Of a stretch of DNA of 64,000 nucleotides, positions 13,951 to 27,948 are shown in pieces (positions within the stretch are counted from its first letter, which is position 1; every line of letters begins with the position of its first letter). The translations under genes were made by a program, and so were the position numbers. The DNA comes from Malacoraja senta (lineage: Eukaryota): assembly GCA_038087875.1 (NCBI GenBank), contig CM075988.1:5208001-5272000 (forward strand), written 5' to 3'. Under the pieces are notes generated by a model. It ran no database searches. It saw only the letters and a program-made list of their open reading frames with translations, and was not told the origin of the DNA.

Positions 13951-14325
13951 ATCTATATTTATTTTATCTTTTTCTAAAATTTTACCCAAATCGTTGTTTT
14001 AGCTGGGATATATAGACTGTGATGACAGATGCCTGCAAAGGGAAATCAATAGTTTATACTCTCGGACAATGTATCTGCTGTGCTCCAAGATGTGTAAATA
14101 TTATGAAGCTTTAAAACTACGATGAAGACGTCACAGTCATGCAGCAGTAGAGTTGCTGCCCTCTAGCGCCAGAGACCCGGGTTTGATCCTGACTATGGGT
14201 ACTGTTTGTAAGGAGTTTGCATGTTCTCCCTGTGACTGCTTGAGTTTCTTCCGGGTGTTTGGGTTTTCTCCCACGCTCCAAAGATGTACAGGTTTGTGGA
14301 GTAATTGGTTTCAGATAAAATGTAA

Positions 14326-14690
14326 TTTCAAGTTCAAGTGAGTTTATTGTCATGTGTCCCTGATAGGACAATGAAATTCTTGCTTTGCTTCAGCACAACA
14401 GAATATAGAAGGCATTGACTACAAAACAGATCAGTGTGTCCATATACCATTATATAAATATATACACACATGAATAAATAAACTGATAAAGTGCAAATAA
14501 CAGATAATGGTCTATTAATGTTCAGAGATTTGTTTCAGTTGAGTTTAATAGCCTGATGGCTGTGGGGAAGTAGCTATTCCTGAACCTGGACGTTGCAGTC
14601 TTCAGGCTCCTGTACCTTCTACCTGAAGGTAGCGGGGAGGCGAGTGTGTGGCCAGGATGGTGTGGGTCCTTGATGATACTGTCAGCCTTT
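14326..14690 (-). mobile_element. Rex1/Babar 3' fragment nested in a V-SINE
   Basis: Near reverse complement of 45330-45675; splits the SINE that begins at ~14135 and resumes at ~14690. Confidence 0.8.
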
Positions 14691-14875
14691 GTCCCTGGTG
14701 TGAAGGATAGTGCTAGCGTACAGAGTGATCGCTGGCCGGCGCCGACTCAGTGGGCAATGGGGCCTGTGTCCTCGCTGTATCTCTAAAGTCTAAAATGCAT
14801 GTGGAAGGTGAATTGGAACCTGCGCATCAAATCAGCGGAAGAGAACACTAGGGTAGGAGTAAAGGATAAACAAAA

Positions 14876-15187
14876 TTTAGTTTAGTTTAGTTTAGAGATG
14901 CAGCGCAGAAACGGGCCTTTCGGCCCACCAGGTCCGCACCGACCAGCAATCCCCGCACAATAACACTATCCTACACGCACTAGGGACAATTTTACATTTT
15001 TAACAAACCAATTAAAGTTCAAACCTGTACGTCTTTGGAGTGGGGGTGGAAACTGAAGATTTGAGAAAACCCATGCAGGTCACGGGGAGAACGTACAAAC
15101 TCCACACAGACAGCACCCATAGTCAGGATGGAACCCGGGTCCCTAGCGTTGTAAGGCAGCAACTCTATCGTTGCGCCACCATGCCGC
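14876..15187 (-). mobile_element. V-SINE
   Basis: Full-length reverse copy with (CTAAA)n tail. Confidence 0.85.
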
Positions 15188-15984
15188 ACATAAGTGGAAG
15201 AAGTAGAAATTAGGGGTGAGAACAACGGGACCATAAAGAGAAATACTGCTCATGAACTTAGAAAGTTCAAAAGTCAAGTCTAGATGCTGTGTGCCTTTGC
15301 ACTGAGCATGTGCAATAAGGTGGATAAACTAAGTCAGCAAATGGTTGTTAATATGTATGATATCATTACAAATTTGTTGCAGGGATGGAAATTGAATTCC
15401 CAGGATTAATCAAAATATAGGAGTAACAGACAAAGGAAAAGAAGCTTGGGTAGCGAAACTGATTATAGAGATTATCGAAATCATGATTCAATTGATGTGT
15501 AATCTCTGTGGGGCAAGAATATGTGAAAAGGACCTGCAGATGTTGGTTTAGACAAAAGATTGACGTAAAGTGCTGGAGTAACTCAGCGGGTCAGGCAGCA
15601 TCTCAGGTGAACAAGGATGGGTGAGGCTTTGGGTTATCCCTTCTTCAGACATGTAAACAGGCTCCCAGGTGATATTGGGGATGGCATTCAATAGAGTATT
15701 GGAGGTATGTTGTGCATACAACTGTAATTGTGGATGACGTTAATCTGTACGTGAATTGGGCTAGCACGTTTCATAATGATTATAGACACAAAATGTTGGA
15801 GTAACTCAGCGGGTCAGGCAGCATCTCCGGAGAAAGAGGATGGGCGACATTTCGGGTCGGGACCCTTCTTCACACTGAAAGTAGAGAGGAGGGAACTGGA
15901 GGCAAGAAAAGGCCCTTGTATGTGTCCTGGTGCTCATCTGTGGGTCCTGATCTGGCGATAAGTAGGAGGAGGGTTAATAGTATT

Positions 15985-16187
15985 TGTAAAGAGTCCAAAC
16001 TCACAGAGGTTGAAACACAAGCATCTTTATTGTCCAGGTCATTAACTACTAAGCAGGTCATCACACGTTCACACTGCTACTCTGACTGGTAGACAGTGGG
16101 TAGGATCTCACACTATAAATGTTATAATTAGACGGGGTTATAATTACTAAGCATTCTGATTGGCTAACATGCTATAGCCAATCTACA
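15985..16187 (-). mobile_element. Solo LTR (203 bp)
   Basis: TGT...ACA ends, TSD GTATT/GTGTT, AATAAA on the minus strand. The paralogous segment near 23010-23025 shows the empty site (GGTATTATTCTAG). Confidence 0.8.
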
Positions 16188-17454
16188 GTGTTATTCTAGT
16201 TAATTTAATTTATTATAATCACGTACTGAGGTACGGTGAAAAGCTGGTTTCTTCTGTGCTATCCAGGCAGTGACAAGATATACATTATTACAATCAACAG
16301 TCCACAATGTATAGATACAGGATAAAGGGATTAACGTTCAATTCAAGGGTATAATTATTAATTATACCTTTGTACTATTCGTAGGCAGTTATTCCTAGTC
16401 ATAGGGAGGTACAGCACAGAAACTTCAGTCCTCCAAAACAATGCCAATTATCTCATCCTACTCTAACCAATCTTATTCTCCCCACATGCCAATCAACTTC
16501 TTCCCAACTCACTCCATTCTACTGCTCAAGCACTCGTGAGAGGAATAGATCGGGCAGACGCACAGAGTCTCTTGACCAGAATAGGGGAATCGAGAACCAG
16601 AGGGCATAGGTTTAAGGTGAGGGGGGAGAGATTTAATAGGAACCTGAGGGGTAACTTGATCACACAAGGGGTGGTGGAAGTATGGAATGAGCTGCCAGAG
16701 GAGGTCATTGAGGCCGGGATTATCACAATGTTTGAGAAACATTTGCACAGGTACATGGATAAGACAGGTTTAGAGGGATATGGGACAAATGCAGGCAGAT
16801 GGGGCTAGTGTAGATGGGACATGTTGGTCGGTGTGGGCAAGTTGGGCCGATGGGCCTGTTTCCACACTGTATCACTCTGTGACTCTATGACTAGGATAAC
16901 TTGCAGTGCTAGTTAACTCACACATTATGCAGATGTAAAAGGTAACTGAACACCTGGACGTGGCGCAGATACTTGGGGACTTGTACAAACCTCACACAGA
17001 ATGGCGTTCAGAATCAAACCCAGGCCAAATGAGCTGTGAAGCAGCAGGCCTGCGTGCTGTGCCAGTGAGCCACCAGATGAATTTACTCTGCTTTACGGTG
17101 CACTGAGTTATTGAAGGCCAATTTTATTGTTAAGGGTATCCACGTATTATTACACTTTTGAAGTATGAATTGGCTATTATGTTCACAGCAAGAGAGTCAG
17201 AGCCATGTGGTGTTACATTCAGTTCCCAGGACTTCCATTGTGAGAAAATAGTTTTGGAGATGTAATGGCTCAACAGTCATCACTGCAGCCTCAGTCCCAA
17301 AGGTGCATTGTCCTTATTGTATTCCTCCCAGAGAAAAGTCAGCATTTAACGGTTATCTTTGGCAGATCCTTCTGGATGACATAGCCAGTGAGGTTATGCC
17401 AGGGAACTTCACACACTTCCTGATCAACACAAAGGTGTTCCTTCTTTTCCCAGT

Positions 17455-17497
17455 GTATGTGTGTGTGTGAGCGCATGTGTGTCTGCATGTATTTGTG

Positions 17498-17537
<40 letters not shown>

Positions 17538-18570
17538 TATCTGTGAGCGTGTTCGTGTGTATCTGTGTGTGTGCGTGTGTGCGTGTGCGTGTGTGCGTAT
17601 GTGCATGTGTGCATGTGTGTGTGCATGCATGTGCATGTGTGCGTGTGTGTGTGTGTGTTTGTATCTGTGTGTGCGTGTGTGCGTGAGTGTGCGTGTTTGT
17701 GTGTGTGTGTGTATGCATGTGTGTGCGTGCGTGTGTGTGCATGTGTGTGTGTGCGTGTGTGCGTGGGTGTGTGTGCGTGTGTGCGTGTGTGTACGTGCGT
17801 GTGTGTGTGTGTGTGCATGTGCATGTGTGCGTGCGTGTGTGTGGGCATATGTGTGCATGTGTGTGCATGTGTGCGTGTGTGTGTGGGCATATGTGTGCAT
17901 GTGTGTGCATGTGTGCGCGTGTGCGTGCAGCTATATGTGTGTGCATGCATATGTGTGTGTGCATGTGTGCATGTGTGCATGTGTGCATGCGTGCGTGTGC
18001 ATGCGTGCGTGTGCGTGCGCGGGTGTGTGTGCGCGGGTGTGTGGGTGTGTGTGCGTGCGTGTGTGTGTGCATTTGCGTGCGTGTGTGTGTGCATGCGTGC
18101 GTGTGCGCAGGTGTGTGTATGCGCGGGTGTGTGTGCGCGGGTGTGTGTGGGCGTGTGTGCGTGCGTGTGTGTGTGCATTTGCGTGCGTGTGTGTGCTTGC
18201 GTGCGTCTGTGTGCATGTGTGTATGCGTGCGTGTGTGTGTGCGCGTGTGTGCATGCGCGTGTGTGTGTGCGTGCTTGTGCCTGCATGTGTGTGTGTGTGT
18301 CTATGTGACTGTGTATTGTTTACTTTATTGTCATGTTACCGAGGTAGTGTGAAAAGCTTTCTGTGTGCATGTGTGTGTGTGAATGTGTGAGTGCCACATT
18401 CTTCAAATCTATGTCTGTGTGTGCATTCATGCCTGTGCATATCTGTATGTGTATACATCATTGTCCAGGTATTTGTGTATGTGTATGAATGTGTGTATGC
18501 ATGTATGCTTGTGTGCATATGTATATGTGCCTGAGTGCATGTGTGTTTGCATGCGTGTCTGTGTGAGTGT
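17455..18570. repeat. Cryptic (TG/CG/CA) alternating purine-pyrimidine tract
   Basis: Directly visible. Confidence 0.97.
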
Positions 18571-20379
18571 ATATCTCGGTTGTAATCTTTCAGTGAAAGC
18601 ATAATGAATAAAAACCGACAGAAGAAATCATCTGGCCTCTTTCTTAATTAAAGTACACTTGACTCATTTAAATGAGCAGTAACTACCCACCATTACATCA
18701 CAACTCAATGCCTTTACCTCCACTTGTGGATTTGTCAAGGGGAAATAGATCTATTAATCAGGCTGACGGCAAGGGTCTTGAAGTGAGCCATTTGATCATC
18801 GCCTGGCAGGTTGGCTAATGGAAAAAGCTGCTTGCCACGAACATACTTACACCGTCAAGAGATTAAATGTTGAAATTGAAGGTTTGTTTTATCCAGCTGA
18901 TGTGAATGTAACATTTCAAGCAGCCATCACCAGGGGATCCATATAGACACCAATATTATGTATAGGAATGAACTGCAAATGCTGGTTTAAACCGAAGATA
19001 GGGACAATAAGCTGGAGTAACTCAGCGGGAGAAAAATAATATATGACTTTTTGGGTCAGCATGATGTACATTTGATTCCAAGTGAGAGGCTGAAGGCACA
19101 AAAGGTGAAAGACAATGCCTTTGGTTACTTGGTGAGATTCCCTATACTTGCACAATAGTCTGAAGAAGGGTCCTGACCCAAAACGTCACCCATCTTTTTT
19201 CTCCAGAGATGCTGCCTGACCCATTGAGTTACTCCAGCACTTTGTGTCTATCTTTGTTTTAAACCAACATCTGCAGTTCCTTGTTTCTACTGTTTCCAGA
19301 ATCCTTCAGTCTGAATTAGGGTATCGACCCAAAACGTCACCTATTCCTTCGCTCCATAGATGCTGCCTCACCCGCTGAGTTTCTCCTGCATTTTTATCTA
19401 CCCACAATTCTTTAAGGTGATTTGCTACCGAAGTCTTGTTGTCCAGAGGTACGAGGAGAATCATGAGAGTGGTGATTGCCATGATGGTAGTTTAATTTAG
19501 TTTAGAGATAACTAAATGAACAATGGACAAATTAACCCTGACGCACTGTCACTTTACACGTATCCACAACTTTCATCTTGTCTATTTTTACAGTTTTTAA
19601 TCCTTATACTTGCTTTTAAGATCTATACACACGGTGTGTGCTCGCAGAAATCTGTGTTGTATGACTGTTTATCAGTACATTGTCCTGTTTGTATGTTGAG
19701 CCACGCCAAAGAAGATTTTCTGTTACGACAGACAATAAAGTTTTCTGAATCTGAATCTGAATCTGAATACAGCGCGGAAACAGGCCCTTCGGCCCACCGA
19801 ATCAGCGCCGACCAACGATCACCACACATTAGCACTATCCTAAACACACTCGGGACAGTTTACATTTATACCAAGCCAATTAACCTGCAAACTTGTACAT
19901 TTTTGGAGTGTGGGAGGAAACCAAAGGTCTCAGAGAAGAACCATGCAGGTCATGGGAAGAATGTACAAACTCTGTACAGACAAGCACCTGTAATCAGGAT
20001 CAAACCTGGGTCCCTGGTGCTGTAAAGTAGTAGATCTACAGTTGTGCCACCGGGCCGCAAATGGCAGATTAGTGTTTCAACCAATGATATTTTATATCTC
20101 AGGCAAATCTCTTTGGTATTAGACACTCTCTAATTGGGCAGCCATAGAGTCATACTACACAAAAACAGGCCCTTTGGCCCACCATGCAGCCATTACATAC
20201 TCATCTGCATTAATCCCATTTAATGGGACTTATAGAAACATAGAAACATAGAAAATAGGTGCAGGAGGAGGCACACATCTCAAAACGACACCGATGAAGA
20301 CAGTCTCCCAATCAGTTCACCTCTACTAACACTCTCCTCTGCCCTGCAGAACTTGGCCTCACCTTCAACAATTTATCTT

Positions 20380-20915
20380 TTAGAAACATGGAAACATAGA
20401 AAGTAGGTGCAGGAGGAGGCCATTCGGCCCTTCGAGCCAGCATCGCCATTCATTGTGATCATGGCTGATCGTCCCCTATCAATAACCCGTGCCTGCCTCT
20501 CCCCCTATCCCTTGACTCCACTAGCCCCTAGAGCTCTATCTAACTCTCTCTTAAATCCATCCAGTGACTTGGCCTCCACTGCCCTCTGTAGCAGGGAATT
20601 CCATAAATTCACAACTCTCTGGGTGAAAAAGATTTTTCCTCACCTCAGTCTTAAATTACCTCCCCTTTATTCTAAGACTGTGGCCCCTGGTTCTGGACTC
20701 GCCCAACATTGGGAACATTTTTTTCCTGCATCTAGCTTGTCCAGTCCTTTTATAATTTTATATTTCTATAAGATCCCCCTCATCCTTCTAAACTCCAGTG
20801 AATACAAGCCTAGTCTTTTCAATCTTTCCTCATATGACAGTCCCGCCATCCCAGGGATCAACCTCGTGAACCTATGCTGCACTGCCTCAATCACAAGGAT
20901 GTCCTTCCTCAAATT
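20380..20915 (-). mobile_element. CR1-clade LINE 3' fragment
   Basis: (TTTCTATG)-type tail and C-terminal CR1 ORF2 sequence. Confidence 0.8.
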
Positions 20916-23211
20916 AATCCTTGATCAATCAATTAATCAAACTTGATCCACGAATCTACATCTTGGCAATTGAAGAGCTTGTCCAAGTGCTTATTAAATG
21001 CCAAGAGCGTACCTGCATCTCCTGCCTTCTCAGGCAGTGCACTCCAGATTTCAACCACTCTCTGGATGAGAAAGTTTCTCCTCTATATATTTATCCTTCA
21101 CCTTAAACCCACACCCTCTGGCCTTAGACATATCTGCCACGAGGAATTGTTTTTCATTATCCACCCTTTCTATGCCCATCATAATTGTGTATATCTCCAT
21201 CAGTCCCAACTCAGCCTCATCCATCCCAAAGAGAGCAAATCCAGTCCTCAAAATGTCCATCCAGATAAGATTCCGTCAAATCTCCGCTGCATCCGCTCCA
21301 GTGCAATCACAACCTTTGTGCAGTGTGGTGACCATAATTCACACAATATGCCAGTTGTGACCTAACCAGTGTTTTATAAAGTGGAGGGAAACAGGTAGGT
21401 GATCAAGAGTCAACAGTGTATGATTGTCAGATATATCCAGATAGAAGAATGAACTAAGGTACACAAAAATGCTGGAGAAACTCAGCGGGTGCAGCAGCAT
21501 CTATGAAGCGAAGGAAATAGGCAACGTTTCGGGCCGAAACCCTTCTTCAGACGAATGAACTTCTTACTTGCTGCAGGTCAGGTCAGGCAGCATCAGTGGA
21601 GGGAAATGGGTAGTCGATGTTTTGGGTCAAGAAGCTTCCTCCGGACTGAAAGAGTGAAAGTGTGGAGGCGAGGTAGCTAGTAGACAGAGGTGAAGTGGGT
21701 GAGGCAAGAGTTAGCACATGATAACACTTCCCTCACATTTTGCTTGGGCAGCTTACAACTCTGCAGTATGAATATTGATTTCTCTAAATTCAAGTAAAAC
21801 GTACACGCCCTCTCTCTCTGTCCCTCCCCCACCCAAGTCGTACTAGCTTCAAAGTCGTCTTGTTGAGTCTTGTTGTCTGTAACTCCTTTTCATCTAGCCC
21901 ACAGCCTGTTTCCTTTATGATCGTTACTTTTTTGCATATCTTTCACTCATTTTTTCTATATCTCTCTATATCACTGTCTATATCTCTTGTTTCCCTATCC
22001 CCTGACTCAGTCTGAAGAAGGGTCTCGACCCGAAACATCATCTATTTCTTTTCTCCAGAGATGCTGCCTGACCCACTGAGTTACTCCAACGTTTTGTGTC
22101 TGTCTTGCCTCACTGTTGCAGGTGTGGGGGTATTTTTGATAGGCAGGTGGTTAGACAAAGACCAAAGATGAAACGACAAAAGATGTGACTTCAAAGCTAT
22201 CTTTATCTCACAACATTGGTCTTTTCATCTCTGACCTTCATCCAACCACCTGCCTATCAACCTTCCCCCTCACCTGTATCCACCTATCACTCGCCCGGCT
22301 TTGTCCTGCCCCACCTCTCTTCCAGCATCCTCCCCCCACCACAATCAGTCTGAAGGAAAGTCCCAACATGAAACATCACCTATCCATGTTCTCCAGAGAT
22401 CCAGTGAAAATCTACTGACGTTTTCTGTCGGCACAGAACAAGTGCTTTTGTCAGGATTTTCTTTCGGCTTGCTATATTTGAATGTCCAGTTCTGTTCTTA
22501 ATCTTACACTTTGTGTGATTTACTCGGAAATCCATCTTCTGTTGTGTAAGCTGCAGCAGCATTTTAATGGAAAGCTGAACAATCAGTCACAGCACAGTAA
22601 GGCTGGGTGATTATTCTATGCCACAGCTTAACTGGTGGCAAGAAGTCCAAAGAGCCACAGCCAATGCTAAATCAGGCCAGATGTGCAGAGGTGCAATTTA
22701 CAGAGAGAACATGGCCAGTAAAACTGGGCAGTATAAATAGATTATTAAGCTGCTGAGAAGGTAAAAGCAATTATAGAGCATATGATATATTGTGTGAAAG
22801 GGATGTACAGTAGATAGGCACAAAATGTTGGAGTAACTCAGCGGGTCAGGCAGCATCTGCGGAGAAAAAGGATGGACGTTGATTTGGGTCGGGACCCTTC
22901 TACAGACTGAATATAAAAGGGGAGGGAACTGGAGACAAGAAAAGGCCTTTTTATGTGTCCTGGTGCTCGTCTGTGGGTCATGGTCTAGGGGTAAGTAGGA
23001 GGAGGGTAAATGGTATTATTCTAGTTTAGTGTAATTTATTATAACCACATGTACTGAGGTACAGTGGTGATCTGTTTTCTTATGTGCTATCCAGTCAATG
23101 CAAAATATACATGATTACAATCAAACCGTCCACAATGTACAGATACAGGATAACGGGAATAACGTTTAATGCAAGGGTATAATGTTTAGTTATACCTTTG
23201 TACTATTCGTA

Positions 23212-23397
23212 AGAGCGACTAGGAGCGACTTACCAAAGCCAGGGAGAGGAGGAAGGCTGCGGTCCAGAACCCACCCGTGATGACCATCTGCCCTCGAGTG
23301 TGTGCTTCATGAATTGGACTCGTGAGCCATGTTAGAACTCACCAGAATTGAGACTGCACCACCCGCCATCATCATTACTGACAGGCCACCACCACAA
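23212..23397 (+). mobile_element. RTE-clade LINE 3' fragment
   Basis: Degenerate C-terminal zinc finger (ICPRVCAS*IGLVSHVRTH); absent from the paralogous site at ~16383. Confidence 0.65.
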
Positions 23398-24417
23398 GCT
23401 GTTATACAGTTATAGAGAGTTGCAGCACAGAAACACACCCTTCAGTCCTCCAAATCTATGCCAATCGTCAAGCATTCATCATTAATCATCCAACTCTTAA
23501 CTAATTTAGGTGGAAACGTCACCCAATTCCTTCTCTCCAGAGATGCTGCCTGACCCTCTGAGTTACTGCAGCATTTTATGTCTATCTTCAGTTTAAACCA
23601 GCATCTGCAGTTCCTTCCTACACGGATATACAGTAGATGATGATCTTCAAGCATCTTCACAAGTATCAGCTGGTATTTATTAAAGTCGATGATCCAATGC
23701 TTTAAATCATGAAGTTAGCTCAGGAGAATGAAAGGGACAATGATGTATGTAATGGAGAGGGTTTGAGGCAGTACCACAACATGCCCCCCACCTGCCAAAT
23801 GGCACTTATACAATTTTCTTTGCCATTTAAGTTAATTGAAAAGAAAATTGTGCATGGTATTAAATAGCCCTGCTGATTTACTATTAGCTAATCTACACTC
23901 TGTTCTAAGACCAATTTCAGCCCTGTATAATTTTGGAAGATAAAGAAAATTAAATTAAAATTGTGCAGATGCGGGGACAGCCGAAATAAAAACAGGAAGT
24001 ACAGGAAACACTTAGCATGTCAGGCAGCACATGTGGAAAGAAAATCCAATTTAGCGTTTCAAATTTGGCGAAACTGGGATAAAGGGAAAACAAGGGTTGT
24101 ACTCAAACCTGTGCGTTTACCTCTCCATTCAAGATGTGATGCAAAGTCCTTGATCTGCAGTGGAACGCTATTGAAAAGGAATAGGTGATGGGTAAAGAAG
24201 GGTTGAGACCCTTCTTCACCCATCTGATGAAGGGTCTCGACCCAAAACTTCACCTTTTCTCCAGAGATACTGCCTGACCCGCTGAGTTACTCCAGCTTGT
24301 TGTCTCTGTAACTGCTGTGCTATGATACTGATATACGATACTGAGATACAATACTGAAAGGCTAAAGGCACTGATGATTTTTCTACTCCGAGGCCGATCA
24401 TTTTTTGTAGAAACAAG

Positions 24418-25992
24418 TGTAATTTGTGCAATGTTTGTTTTCGTCGTCAACATGTAAATGCGAGCGCCCTCTTGAGGCCAGAGGAAGAAGTTGCCAAGTT
24501 TGCCTGTGCCTCGTCACTGATGATGAGTGACCTTCTAGAGGCTTCTGTTTATAGTTGGAAATAAGGCGGACTCACAGATCTCATCAGTCAGACGTCTCTT
24601 TAGTGCGCTAGTCACAACAGGGTTTTATTCAGACATTACATGGTGTCAGAAGTAAAAAATGACGGGACTCAGGCCACCAGGACCACTCTCAATGCAAGTG
24701 GGCTTATCCAAAAATTATAAGTACTGGATAAGGGCGTTCCAGGTGTACGAGACGGCGACAGAGCTGACACGGAAGCCAGAAAAGATTCAGTGTGCAACAT
24801 TCCTCGACATGGCGGGGCTGGCTGCTCAGCAGATTTATGAAACCTTTCAGTTCGCCCCAGAGGTCTGAGCCCGACTCCGAGACAGACCACATCACCGAGA
24901 GGCAGGAACCAGTCTCCCAGATGGCAGAAACCTTCCACCAGATGGGGCCAGTCCCCCAGACGACATGAGGTGCCGAGAGGCAGGAGCCAGTCTCCCAGAC
25001 ACATGAAACTTTCTCCCAGACGGGGCGAGTCTCCCAGATAGGGCGAGTCTCCCAGACGGAATGGCCCGTCCCAGAGACGGAGCACGTCTCCCAGACGAGA
25101 CGGAGAGTCTCCAAGACGGAGCAAATCTCCTAGACAGAGGAGCCAGATGCCCTATCAATAGAACCAGGTGCCCAGACGGAGAAGCCAGATGCCCAGACGG
25201 AGCAAATCCCCCAGACGAAAGAGCGAGAAACAGCGAGACAGAAGCCCATCTCCTAGACGTCTGAGTCCGTCTCCCAGACGCCGGAGCGAGTCTCCCAGAT
25301 GGAGCAAGAAATAGCGAGACAGAAGCCCATCTCCCAGACGCACTAAGCATTCAAGACATTACACGGTTCCTGTTAAAGATGCACGTGTATCTTGTTATTG
25401 TTGTGGTTGGTATTCGCCAGTTGAAGATTTTTATTACTATAAACAATTTTTTGCCTGACGTCTTTGTAATTCTTTATAATTTTCCTGCATTGTTTTGTAA
25501 CTTCGGTCTGGTTTAATATGGGCACTGAATACGGTTGCAGAATATTTTCTGGAAATATTTTTATATGGCACAATTAGTTATATTTCCTTGCAGATTAAAA
25601 CCATGGTAGTTTGTAAGATCTCATTGCTTTAACTTTGCTGTTTGGCTTGGTTTACTGCCTAGTAATATCGTAAGCAGGTTTCTGAATAGATTTTTTTTAA
25701 ATTGCAAAACAACTGTTAATTGTCATATAATTTGTGACATTTGTGACCCCAAAGTTGAAGGGGGAGATGTAATGTATGCAACGTTTGTATTCGTCATCAA
25801 CATGTAAATGTGAGCGCCCTCTTGAGGCCAGGGGAAGAAGCTGCCAAGTTTGCATGTGCCTTGTCACTGATGAAGAGTGACCTTCTAGAGGCTTCTGTTT
25901 GTAGTTGGAAATAAGGCGGACTCACAGATCTCATCGGTGTCGGACGTTTCTTTATTGTGCTAGTCACAACAGGGTTGTACACAGACCTTACA
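24418..25992 (+). mobile_element. Non-autonomous (internally deleted) Gypsy LTR retrotransposon
   Basis: LTRs 24418-24640 and 25768-25992 (TG...CA, ~90% identical by eye); 5-bp TSD ACAAG; PBS TGGTGTCAGAAGT at 24641; PPT GAAGGGGGAGA at 25757-25767; gag N-terminus ORF at 24659. Confidence 0.93.
24659..24868 (+). pseudogene. Truncated Gypsy gag N-terminus
   Basis: MTGLRPPGPL...NYKYWIRAFQVYETATELTRKPEKIQCATFLDMAGLAAQQIYETFQF directly after the PBS; resembles Gypsy gag N-termini. Confidence 0.8.
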
Positions 25993-27195
25993 ACAAGGAA
26001 CTGCAGATGCTGGTCAATGCACAAAAGGTCAGAAAGTGCTGGAATAACTCAGCAGGTCATGCAGCATCCCAGGAGAACATGGATAGGTGACGTTCAGGGT
26101 CAACATCCTTCTTCATACTTGATGTTTGTGATCTTATTTAAATTTACAAGGTTCCGGCAGAGCACGACCTATTTTGTGGAGAAGGTCTCCCTTAGTTAGT
26201 GATTCTACAGGTGGGCAGTGTAAAAGTTGCAGACTAAAGTTGACATATTTAGGACTGAGATGGAGAAATGTATTAATTCAGAGGTGGCACACTTGTGGAA
26301 TTCAAAACCACAGTGTATGGTGAAGACTGAGGCACTGTAGTTTACTTTATATAGTAGATACTGGTAGCATAGGGGGTGAGAGCAGGTATTGTGGGGTGGT
26401 TCTGGGACATCAGAACTAACTGTTGAGCGTTCCCGAAGTGTCGTGGGCCTAACTAACTCAATAGAATAAGTGTGTATAATCAGTTTAGATAGTACTCTGG
26501 CTTTGGGCTTGTTTTCCTTGATTGAGCATTTATCTTGGTCTTATAGCACAAGTACTTTGTGTTTTAATTGTAATTTGAGGAATGAGCTAGTTAAATTTCG
26601 AGACTTAAAGGGGCAGCATAGCATTTAATAGTGCTACCACCTAACAGCATCAGAGACATGGGTTTGATCCTGACCTCACATGCTGTCTGTGTGGAGTTTG
26701 CACATTCTCCACATGGGTTTCTACCAGGTGCTCTAGTTTGCTGTCACATCCCATGGACATGTGAGCTTGTAGGTTAATTGGCCTCTGTCAAATAACAGGC
26801 CTAATGTATCGGGCGTGGATGAGAAAATGGGATAACATTTGACTAGTATGAACAAGTGTTCGATGGTCAATGTGAACTCTGTGGGCCAAAGGATGTATGA
26901 GGAGCATTTGATGGGTCTGGGCCTCTACTCACTGGAGTTAAAAGGTTGGTCTTATTGAAACCTACAAAAGTGTGAAATGCCAAGATAGAGTAGATATGGA
27001 GAGGATGTTTCCACTGGTGGGTGAGTCTAGGACCAGAGGGCACAGCCTCAGAATAAAAGGACGTGCCTTTAGAATGGAGATGAGGAGCATTTTCTTTAGC
27101 CTGAGGGAGGTGAATCTATGGAATGTATTGCCTCACGCAGCTGTGGAGGGAAAGTCATTGAGTATTTTTAAAGTGGATAGGATTTTGATTAGTAA

Positions 27196-27948
27196 TGGGC
27201 CGGTCCCACTTAGGCGACTTTTTAGGCGACTGCAGGAGACTATGCAGTCACCACATGGTCGCCACCTGTTCGCGGGTAGTTGCCGGGGAGTCGCCTTCAT
27301 GGTCGTGAGGAGTTCCTGCATTCTGGGAACTAGTCGCAGCCTTATTATGGTCGCCGTGAATTTTTAAACATGTTGAGAAATTAGTGGCGACTAGAATGAA
27401 GCCGCCATGGAGAGTAGCGAGAATTCTCGTGTCGTAGGTGGGTCGCCAGGAGGTCGAAGGTTCTCGTAGGTTCTCGTAGGTTGTAACCGGTGCTGACTGG
27501 TGAATTTCATTGGCTCATTGGGAAAAAAAACGTGAACAGTAGTTTTCAGAATCAAGGATAACCGACCGGTGATGTTAATGTCCGCCGAGCTTCACAGCCG
27601 TGTATCTCTGGCTTCTGAAAAGTTATCTCCACTCCTTCTCCCCTCTTCTCCCCCCCTCATTTAAAGGACTTACCATACACTGTGCTTTTTCAGCCGTCTT
27701 AATTACAGCGCCAACCTTCTTGTTCATCGCAGTGTGTGTCTGTATCACCTTGGCTTTGCACCGTGTGAATTTCACTCAGACAGCGCTCCCCCGCTTGCCC
27801 TGTCCCCCAACTGCATAACGGGCTGGTGAAGGAAGCGATATGTGTGTGTGTGTGTTCTACTCTGACAGTCGCCGTTCCAGTTGTCGATTTTTCACGGAAC
27901 TGACGGCAACTTGACAGCCTGAAAAATCGCCTAAGTGGGACAGGCCCA
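27196..27948. mobile_element. Harbinger-like MITE inserted in a CR1 fragment
   Basis: TIR TGGGCC(G/T)GTCCCACTTAGGCGA(C/T)TTTT; CR1 sequence resumes after it; TSD not clean. Confidence 0.82.

Noticed and set aside
17339..18604. His/Thr- and Cys/Val-rich ORFs
   Set aside because: Translations of the (TG/CA) tract.
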